From a virus (taxonomy: Duplodnaviria > Caudoviricetes), in IMG/VR virus record IMGVR_UViG_3300032335_000942, positions 1 to 41,046 of that record: a stretch of DNA of 41,046 nucleotides, one strand, 5' to 3'. Position numbers and translations under genes: made by a program. This document shows, piece after piece, positions 34,175-41,046 of this stretch (positions within the stretch are counted from its first letter, which is position 1; every line of letters starts with the position of its first letter). Under the pieces are notes generated by a model that saw nothing but the letters and a program-made list of their open reading frames with translations, had not been told where the DNA came from and searched no databases.

Positions 34175-34720
34175 ATGGGTGAACGAGGTCCTCCACCGAA
34201 ACCGACGGCTCTGAAACTGATCGCGGGCAATCCCGGGAAGCGAGACCTCAACCTCGACGAGGCGATCCCCGACCCGATCTCCGATCTAGCGCCCCCTCCC
34301 GAGGTCGCGGCGGACCCCCGGGCGGCGGACGCTTGGAACCGGCTCGTCCCCGACCTTGCGAAATGCGGGCTGGCCCGGTCGGTCGACTGGCCCCTCTTGA
34401 CGCGTTACGTCCTGAAGTTCTCCCGGTGGATATACCTCGGCGAAGAACTCCGGCGGATCGCACAGGAGAGTCCGAACTCCAAGGGGACGACGTACCCGAT
34501 CACGGACGACAACGGGAAACTGAAGTACGTCGCCGAGTTCCCGTGGGTGTCAGAGTGGCGAGCGCTCGACCGGGACCTTCGCGCCGACGAAAAGTCGATC
34601 GGCATCTCCCCGGCGGCGCGGTCCCGCATCACGGTCAAGACTGAGGAACGGCGGACGCAAGAGGACCTGCGAAAGGACTTCTTCAGTCGCGGCGCGTTCA
34701 TTGCAAAGGGCGGCGCGTGA
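34175..34720 (+). CDS. terS: Terminase small subunit (P27 family)
   Basis: RGPPPKPTALKLIAGNPGKR...IGISPAARSRI. Confidence 0.9.
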   Translation: MGERGPPPKPTALKLIAGNPGKRDLNLDEAIPDPISDLAPPPEVAADPRAADAWNRLVPDLAKCGLARSVDWPLLTRYVLKFSRWIYLGEELRRIAQESPNSKGTTYPITDDNGKLKYVAEFPWVSEWRALDRDLRADEKSIGISPAARSRITVKTEERRTQEDLRKDFFSRGAFIAKGGA

Positions 34721-36312
34721 ACAAGTCGAAACCACAGATCCCCGAGGGAGCGAAGATCTACCGGGAGTTCTTTTTCGACGAGGACCATGCGGCGCACGCG
34801 GAGGCGTTCTTCGAGAACTACCTCCGGCACTCGAAGGGGGAGTGGGCGGGACAACTCTTCGAACTCTCTCCGTGGCAACGCGAGATCATTCGCGAACTCT
34901 TTGGATGGCGACGGATCGAGGACGGGACTCGCCGCTACCGGATGGCCTACGTCGAGATCCCGCGCAAGAACGGGAAGTCAACCTTTGCGGCTGGGCTTGC
35001 GCTCTACCTTGCAACGGCGGACGAGGAGCCCGGCGCGGAGGTCTACTCGGCTGCTGGCGACAAGGATCAGGCGTCGATCGTGTTCAAAGAAGCGAGCGAG
35101 ATGGTTCGGCAGTGTCGCGAACTGAATCAGATCTGCGAGGTCCAGACGAAGGCGATCGTGGTCGCTCATACCACATCGGTCTACCGGGTCCTCTCGGCGG
35201 AGGCGTTCACAAAGCACGGGCTCAACGCGCACGGGATTATCTTCGACGAACTGCACGCGCAACCGAACCGGGAACTGTGGGACGTCCTGACGACGTCGGT
35301 CGGCGCTCGTCGGCAGCCTCTCACGATCGCGATCACAACGGCGGGCTTTGACAAGAACTCGATCTGCTACGAACTTCACGACTACGCGGTCAAGGTTCGC
35401 GACGGGATCCTTGACGACCCGACGTTCCTCGCGGTCATCTTTGCGGCCAGTCCCGAGGACGACTGGACCGACCCAGCGACATGGCGCAAGGCGAACCCGA
35501 GCCTCGGTATATCAGTCTCCGAGGAGTACCTCGCGGCGGAATGCAAGAAGGCGAAAGAGATCCCCGGATACGAGAACACATTCAAGCGACTGCACTTGAA
35601 CATCTGGACCGAGCAGGAGACGCGATGGATTCAGATTCGCACATGGGACGAGAACGATCTTCCTCGGTTCTCCGAAGCAGAACTTCGCGGGCGGCGCTGC
35701 TACATCGGGCTTGACCTTTCGACGACGACTGACATCGCGGCGGCGATCCGAATCTTTCCGCGCGACGACGGGACCTTTGACATTCACCCAAGGTTCTACG
35801 TCCCGTCAGACAACGCGGAGAAGCGAGCCCGGCGCGATCGCGTCCCCTACCCAGTCTGGATTCGCGAAGGCAAAATCCGCGCGACTCCGGGGAACGTCAT
35901 CGACTACGACTTCATCAAGTCGGAGATCCTCGGCTGGTCAAAGATCTACGACCTCCGCGAGGTCGCTTATGACCCGTGGTCAGCAACTCAGATTGCGCTT
36001 CAACTTGAGGCGGACGGAGCGACCTGCGTCCCGTTTCGTCAGGGCTTCCAGAGCATGTCTGAGCCTTCCAAGACGGTCGAGAAACTTATCCTTGGCAAGA
36101 AAATCCGGCATGGTGCGGACCCCGTTCTTCGGTGGATGTTCTCAAACGTCGCGATCGAACTGGACCCGGCGGGAAACATCAAACCATCGAAGAAGAGGTC
36201 GACGGAAAGGATTGACGGTGTAATCGGACTGATCATGGGAGTGGGTCGCGCTACTCTACCAGACAAGAACGGACCGTCGGTGTATGCGAAGCGAGGACTG
36301 GTTTCGATATGA
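34717..36312 (+). CDS. terL: Terminase large subunit
   Basis: LSPWQ, IPRKNGKST, IFDELH, ITTAG, GLDLS, YDPW, RIDGVIG. Confidence 0.95.
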   Translation: MNKSKPQIPEGAKIYREFFFDEDHAAHAEAFFENYLRHSKGEWAGQLFELSPWQREIIRELFGWRRIEDGTRRYRMAYVEIPRKNGKSTFAAGLALYLATADEEPGAEVYSAAGDKDQASIVFKEASEMVRQCRELNQICEVQTKAIVVAHTTSVYRVLSAEAFTKHGLNAHGIIFDELHAQPNRELWDVLTTSVGARRQPLTIAITTAGFDKNSICYELHDYAVKVRDGILDDPTFLAVIFAASPEDDWTDPATWRKANPSLGISVSEEYLAAECKKAKEIPGYENTFKRLHLNIWTEQETRWIQIRTWDENDLPRFSEAELRGRRCYIGLDLSTTTDIAAAIRIFPRDDGTFDIHPRFYVPSDNAEKRARRDRVPYPVWIREGKIRATPGNVIDYDFIKSEILGWSKIYDLREVAYDPWSATQIALQLEADGATCVPFRQGFQSMSEPSKTVEKLILGKKIRHGADPVLRWMFSNVAIELDPAGNIKPSKKRSTERIDGVIGLIMGVGRATLPDKNGPSVYAKRGLVSI

Positions 36313-38075
36313 GTAACTTCCTTTCGAACATCGCGCGTCGATTCCTGAGCCCGAACGGGGAACGTCGCGCGTCGTCGATCGGAGGCGGCTCCCTGTCGAA
36401 CGCTCCGGCGTGGCTCGAACGCTTGCTGCTTGGTAACGGCGGCACGGACGAGGTCCCGGTTGATATCACGGAACGCAACGCACTCTCGATCCCAGCAGTC
36501 TTTGCATGCGTCCGGGCGATCTCTGAAGACGTCGCGAAACTGCCTCTCATCGTCTACCGTGAGACTGACGGTCGCGGGAAGGAACGGCTGCGGAACCATC
36601 CCCTCGCGAGGATCCTTCGCGATCGCCCGAACCCGAATATGACGGCGTTCGACCTCCGCGCGACGGTGACGGCGCACACGCTCACATGGGGCAATGGCTT
36701 TGTCGAGATCGTTCGCGACGGGAACTCGCGTCCTGTGGAACTCTGGCCCCTCGAACCCGATCGCGTTCGTGTCCGGTATTCATACGTCGTTCCCGGGGAG
36801 ATCGTGTACGACTACAACGATCCGGTCGAGGGGCGGACCCGGGTCCTCTTCGACTCCGACGTCATCCACATCAAGGGGCTCGGGTACGACGGGCTGCTCG
36901 GGTACTCGGTCATTGAGTGGGCTCGCAAGTCGCTCGCGCTCACGGCAGCGACCGAGAAGTTTGGCTCTTCCTTCTTCGGCAACTCGTCGCTCCCCAAAGG
37001 CGTCCTGCAGCATCCCGGCGTTCTTGGTGATGCTGGGCAGAAGAACCTCCGCGAATCGTGGGAGAAGGTTCACCGAGGCGCGGCAAACTATGGCAAGGTC
37101 GCGATCCTCGAAGAAGGCATGACCTTCAACGCAATCACGATTCCGCCCGAGGACGCGCAGTTTCTTGAGACTCGGCAGTTCCAGATTCCCGAAGTCTGCC
37201 GATGGTTTCGGATGCCTCCGCACAAGATCGCGGACCTGTCTCGCGCGACGTTCTCGAACATCGAACACTCGTCGATCGAGTACGTGAGTGACACACTCCT
37301 CCCGTGGCTGGTCCGGTGGGAGCAGGAGATCCGGCGGAAATGTTTCTCGTCGGCGGAGTCGAACCTCTTCGCGGAACACTTGACAGCGGCGCTCATGCGC
37401 GGCGATCTCAGTTCGCGGTACAACTCATATGCGATCGGTCGGCAGTGGGGCTGGCTTTCCCCCAATGACGTCCGCGAGTTCGAGAACCTCAATCCGATCG
37501 AAGGCGATGGCGGCAAGGTCTACCTCGTCCCCACCAACATGGCGAACGCAGAAGTCTTTGCGAAGATCAAGGAACCTCCGGCATCTCCGGCATCTCCGGC
37601 ATCTCCGGCATCTCCGGCATCTCCAGAAGAAGATTCCGATCCGACGATTCCGAGTATGAACTCTCGCGCTTTCCGCGACCTCGTCGTCGATTCGGTATCG
37701 CGGCTCCGTCGGGCGGAGTCGGACAAGATCTCTCGACACGCAAAGCGCGAGGACTCGGTTGGCTGGTCGTCGCAGTTCATCGTCAATCAACGAGCGATCG
37801 CAGAGGCGGAACTCAAGCCCCTCGCGATCGCGTTTGTGGGATCGGCTCCCGGACGTCCTGCGTCGTACAACTACATCGAAGAGGCGAGGACGCTCGCGGA
37901 AGACCTCGGTGGCGCTCACGCAGCACGGCTGGCTAACTTGTTCTCTGGCAAATGGACTGTCGACGCGGACCGGCGATCGATCGTTTGGTCCGAAGACGTC
38001 TCCGAAGAAGTCGATGCAATAATCAACAGGATGCAATCGATTGTCGCACAACGAATGGCGGAGAACTGGCAATGA
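36309..38075 (+). CDS. HK97-family portal protein with PAS linker and C-terminal extension
   Basis: AVFACVRAISEDVAKLPL, GNGF, VIHIK, DAQFLETR, TFSNIE, SPNDVREFENLNPI. Confidence 0.93.
   Translation: MSNFLSNIARRFLSPNGERRASSIGGGSLSNAPAWLERLLLGNGGTDEVPVDITERNALSIPAVFACVRAISEDVAKLPLIVYRETDGRGKERLRNHPLARILRDRPNPNMTAFDLRATVTAHTLTWGNGFVEIVRDGNSRPVELWPLEPDRVRVRYSYVVPGEIVYDYNDPVEGRTRVLFDSDVIHIKGLGYDGLLGYSVIEWARKSLALTAATEKFGSSFFGNSSLPKGVLQHPGVLGDAGQKNLRESWEKVHRGAANYGKVAILEEGMTFNAITIPPEDAQFLETRQFQIPEVCRWFRMPPHKIADLSRATFSNIEHSSIEYVSDTLLPWLVRWEQEIRRKCFSSAESNLFAEHLTAALMRGDLSSRYNSYAIGRQWGWLSPNDVREFENLNPIEGDGGKVYLVPTNMANAEVFAKIKEPPASPASPASPASPASPEEDSDPTIPSMNSRAFRDLVVDSVSRLRRAESDKISRHAKREDSVGWSSQFIVNQRAIAEAELKPLAIAFVGSAPGRPASYNYIEEARTLAEDLGGAHAARLANLFSGKWTVDADRRSIVWSEDVSEEVDAIINRMQSIVAQRMAENWQ
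37578..37622 (+). repeat. 9-bp coding tandem repeat (CCGGCATCT)x5 = (PAS)5
   Basis: Read directly from the sequence. Confidence 0.9.
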
Positions 38076-38671
38076 CGACCTCGGTGAAAAAGTACCAACC
38101 ACAAGAAGTCGAAAAGCGATCGTTCGGCGCGGCCGATGTGGAGGTCCGTGTCGAGAACGGAAAGCCTTCGCGGATCGTCGGCTACGCAGCGAAGTTCGGC
38201 GTTCGCTCCGAACCGATCATGGGTATGTTCCGCGAGACGATCGCAAAGGGCGCGTTCGCGAAGAACCTCCCCGGGGCGGACGTCCGGTTCCTCGTTGGAC
38301 ACGACACGAACATGGTTCTTGGGCGAACCAAGTCTGGAACGCTCTCGATCCGCGAGGACGAGATCGGGCTCCGGTTCGACCTCACGCTTCCCAACACGAC
38401 GCTCGCGAACGACGTCGTCGAGCAGGTCAACCGGCGCGACCTCGACGGCATGTCGTTTGGCTTCCGCAAGATCAAAGACTCGTGGGGCGAAGACGAGCAG
38501 GGCTTCGCGATTCGAACGCTCGACGAGGTCTCTATCTTCGAAGTTTCACTCACGGCGTTCCCGGCTTACCAACAAACCGAAGTCGCTCTCCGCGACCTTG
38601 ACATCTACCGGCGGGCGAAGGCTCACCCCCGGCGGACGGCGCTCCGCTTGCGGCTCGCAGAACTGGTCTAG
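38072..38671 (+). CDS. HK97-family prohead protease
   Basis: GYAAKF, FRETIAKGAF, GHD...LGRT, GLRF, GMSFGF, EVSLTAFPAY. Confidence 0.92.
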   Translation: MTTSVKKYQPQEVEKRSFGAADVEVRVENGKPSRIVGYAAKFGVRSEPIMGMFRETIAKGAFAKNLPGADVRFLVGHDTNMVLGRTKSGTLSIREDEIGLRFDLTLPNTTLANDVVEQVNRRDLDGMSFGFRKIKDSWGEDEQGFAIRTLDEVSIFEVSLTAFPAYQQTEVALRDLDIYRRAKAHPRRTALRLRLAELV

Positions 38672-38782
38672 AATTATTTGCCCATCCGACCATTGGCGGA
38701 GGGAGTATCCGAGACGAGTCGCGACCTTTGGCGCGAACTTGCGGACGTCTTAGAAGTCAACACTGATCAAGGAAATTCACAC

Positions 38783-40153
38783 ATGGCAACCATTCAAGAA
38801 CTGCGCGAACAACGCGCTCAACTGATTGCAGATGCACGCAAGATCGTCGACGCTGCTGGCGCTGAGAAGCGCGAACTCACGAACGAAGAGTCGGGCAAGT
38901 CTGACGAGATGCTCGACAAGGCGGAAGAGATCAAGACGTCGATCGAGACTCGCGAGAAGGCGGAAACCCGCGCTTCGCGCCTTGAGGCTGCCGAGAACGA
39001 ACTCCGCGCGGCCGGAAGTCGTCGCGGCGGCAACTCCGCTCCTGTCCAACATCGTCCCGGCGACGGTCCTCGCAACCCCGAAGGTCACCGTCGCGAGGCT
39101 CGCGAACTCTCTGCCGACGAAGTTCGGGAGATTTCGTGGCGGGTCGCGAACGGCGAGCGCCGTGTCGCGATCGACCCCCGTCGCGGCTCGACCGAGTACC
39201 GCTCGGCTTTCGAGCGATACCTCAGCAGCGGATCGACGACTGGGCTTGACGCTGCTGGTCAAGGCGAACGCCGCGACCTCGCGGCGGACTCTGACGTCGA
39301 CGGCGGATACATCATGGCCCCGACGCAGATGGTTGCGAACCTGCTGAAGTTTGTCGACGACGCTGTCGCGGTTCGGCAGTTTGCATCCGTCTTCCAACTC
39401 CGTGGATCGCAGAACCTCGGCGTCCCAACGCTCGATACCGACGTATCTGACCCGGATTGGACGACCGAAATCCAGACTGGCACTCGCGACACGGCGATGA
39501 AGTTCGGCAAGCGCGAACTGAATCCTGTCCCGCTCGCGAAACGAGTTCTGATCTCCCGCAAACTTCTCCGCAACGCGGCGATGGGTGTCGAGGCGATCGT
39601 CCAGCAGCGGCTCGGCTACAAGTTCGGGATCACTGAGGAGAAGGCGTTCTTGACCGGCAACGGCGCGAACCAACCCCTCGGCATGTTTACCGCTTCGACC
39701 AACGGCATCTCGACGGGTCGCGACGTCAACTCCGGCTCGACGACCGACTTCACGGCGGACGGGTTGATTGACGCGAAGTTCTCGCTCAAGTCGCAGTACC
39801 TTGCGAACGCTCGGTGGATGCTTCACCGTGATGGTCTTCGTCGCATTCGCAAACTGAAAGGCAGCGATAACAACTATCTGTGGACTCCCGGTCTTGCTGG
39901 TGGCGAGCCCGATCGAATCCTCGACCTCCCCTATACGATTTCGGAGTTCGCTCCGAACACGTTCACGACTGGACTCTACATTGCCATCCTCGGCGACTTC
40001 CGTTTCTACTGGATCGCAGAGGCTCTTGGTCTCGAAGTTCAGCGGCTCAACGAGTTGTACGCGGAAGCAAACCAAGTCGGCTACATCGGTCGGATGGAAG
40101 TCGACGGCATGCCTGTCCTCGAAGAGGCATTCGTTCGCGTCAAGACGAACTAA
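38783..40153 (+). CDS. HK97-fold major capsid protein with N-terminal delta domain
   Basis: Coiled-coil N-term; DGGYIMAP; ISRKLL; EEKAFLTGNG..QPLG; GDF; NQVGY. Confidence 0.95.
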   Translation: MATIQELREQRAQLIADARKIVDAAGAEKRELTNEESGKSDEMLDKAEEIKTSIETREKAETRASRLEAAENELRAAGSRRGGNSAPVQHRPGDGPRNPEGHRREARELSADEVREISWRVANGERRVAIDPRRGSTEYRSAFERYLSSGSTTGLDAAGQGERRDLAADSDVDGGYIMAPTQMVANLLKFVDDAVAVRQFASVFQLRGSQNLGVPTLDTDVSDPDWTTEIQTGTRDTAMKFGKRELNPVPLAKRVLISRKLLRNAAMGVEAIVQQRLGYKFGITEEKAFLTGNGANQPLGMFTASTNGISTGRDVNSGSTTDFTADGLIDAKFSLKSQYLANARWMLHRDGLRRIRKLKGSDNNYLWTPGLAGGEPDRILDLPYTISEFAPNTFTTGLYIAILGDFRFYWIAEALGLEVQRLNELYAEANQVGYIGRMEVDGMPVLEEAFVRVKTN

Positions 40154-40161
40154 ACACAGAG

Positions 40162-40195
40162 GGGGCGGTCCCGGGAGCAATCTTGGGACCGTCCC
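40162..40195 (+). terminator. Strong hairpin after the capsid gene (terminator, attenuator or mRNA stabiliser)
   Basis: GGGCGGTCCCGGGA-GCAA-TCTTGGGACCGTCC; lacks a U-tract. Confidence 0.5.
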
Positions 40196-40261
40196 GATAG
40201 CGTTCAAACACGAAGCAACTTCCGCGAAGCATTGCTCCGCAAGAAACGAAAGGTCAGAATC

Positions 40262-40702
40262 ATGAACGAACTCTCTCTCGCTCGTAACGTTGCCTTCGAT
40301 CGCGTCTCAAACGCGGTCGCGGCTGGTATAACCGACATCAACGCAACCGGCGTCGACATGCAGGACTACGAGGTCGCGACGTTTGTCGTCGCCTTCGGGA
40401 CGATCACGGCGACGGCGGTGACATCAATCCAGATCGACCACTCGGTCGACAACTCCGCGTGGAACACGGTCTTGGGATCCAAGGTCACTGTTCCCGATTC
40501 AGCATCTAACAAACTCGCCGTTACCGAGTCTGTGCGTCCGACGCTCCGCTACCTTCGATGCACGGTCGATCGCGGAACGGCGAACGCGGTCGTCGACGGC
40601 ATCTTCGCGATCCGATCCGGACCTCGCAAGTATCCCGTCACTCAAGCATCGACAGTCCAAGGCACTACGATCATCGTCGGATCCACGACTGGCACTCCGT
40701 AA
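40262..40702 (+). CDS. Putative capsid decoration/cement protein
   Basis: Directly after the capsid gene; GVDMQDYE...FVVAFG...RYLR; beta-rich. Confidence 0.6.
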   Translation: MNELSLARNVAFDRVSNAVAAGITDINATGVDMQDYEVATFVVAFGTITATAVTSIQIDHSVDNSAWNTVLGSKVTVPDSASNKLAVTESVRPTLRYLRCTVDRGTANAVVDGIFAIRSGPRKYPVTQASTVQGTTIIVGSTTGTP

Positions 40703-40719
40703 TACTCCCCTTTCCCCCC

Positions 40720-40754
40720 ACACTGACCCGGTCGAAAGATCGGGCTTGGTGTTT
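40720..40754 (+). terminator. Hairpin / putative terminator
   Basis: CCCGGTC-GAAA-GATCGGG followed by CTTGGTGTTT. Confidence 0.5.
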
Positions 40755-40780
40755 CTAAACATCGAACAGGAGATATCGTA

Positions 40781-41046
40781 ATGAAAACGATCCAGATGAA
40801 GACCCTTGCTTGCGGACCAACTGGTAATTATCTTCTCGAAGAAATTTATAACGTCGACGATAATTTTGCAAACGATCTGATCGCGGGTCGCTTTGCTGTC
40901 CTTGTGGGATCGGCTCCAGAAGAGCCCGATGCAGAAGAGCCCGATGCGGAAGAGCCCGATGCGGAAGAGCCCCCGGCGGAAGAGCCCCCGGCGGAAGAGC
41001 CCCCGGCGGAAGAGCCCCCGGCGGAAGAGCCCCCGGCGGAAGAGCC
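40781..41046 (+). CDS. Small head-associated protein (possibly lambda gpFI-like) with acidic AEEPD/AEEPP tail; continues at base 1
   Basis: RBS AGGAGA; MKTIQMKTLACGPTGNYLLEEIYNVDDNFANDLIAGRFAVLVGSAPEEPD...; absent from the ORF track because it has no stop before the window end. Confidence 0.75.
   Translation, partial: MKTIQMKTLACGPTGNYLLEEIYNVDDNFANDLIAGRFAVLVGSAPEEPDAEEPDAEEPDAEEPPAEEPPAEEPPAEEPPAEEPPAEE
40916..41046 (+). repeat. 15-bp coding tandem repeat, right part (3 xEEPD units then AEEPP units)
   Basis: Read directly; matches 1-83. Confidence 0.95.

Noticed and set aside
1-41046. tRNA/rRNA genes or an alternative genetic code
   Set aside because: No cloverleaf or rRNA-like segment was recognised, and core genes are intact in the standard code using all three stop codons.

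Overview
This looks like an essentially complete, circularly permuted ~41 kb genome of a GC-rich, long-tailed dsDNA phage (siphovirus morphology, HK97-type head, probable cos packaging). The assembly is broken inside a coding 15-bp tandem repeat, so one gene runs off the right end and finishes at base 86. Module order: neck and tail genes (90-15082); two reverse-strand membrane genes (15079-16339); an accessory/early region with a secreted dockerin-beta-helix protein, twin divergent promoters and DUF932 (16429-21612); replication and DNA modification (SNF2 helicase, Dam-like MTase, DarA_C protein, primase, repeat-rich putative origin, UvrD-like helicase, VRR-NUC, HNH, ParB-MTase; 21681-33202); packaging and head (33262-41046). 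I recognise no integrase, DNA polymerase, endolysin, tRNA or CRISPR array. The dockerin-like module points to a Planctomycetota (Phycisphaerae) host. The most unusual signals are: (1) genome-wide, strand-polarised avoidance of GCCG[C/G] and related motifs, which follows the DNA strand rather than the coding strand, on top of apparent absence of several palindromic restriction sites; (2) an RcGTA-type head-spike base possibly paired with an SGNH esterase through a C-terminal GLGL motif; (3) an NlpC/P60-gpI-gpJ fusion with an inserted PA14 domain; (4) a candidate coiled-coil unimolecular spanin with no evident endolysin; (5) a nested-palindrome origin. All calls and motif counts were made by eye, without database searches.
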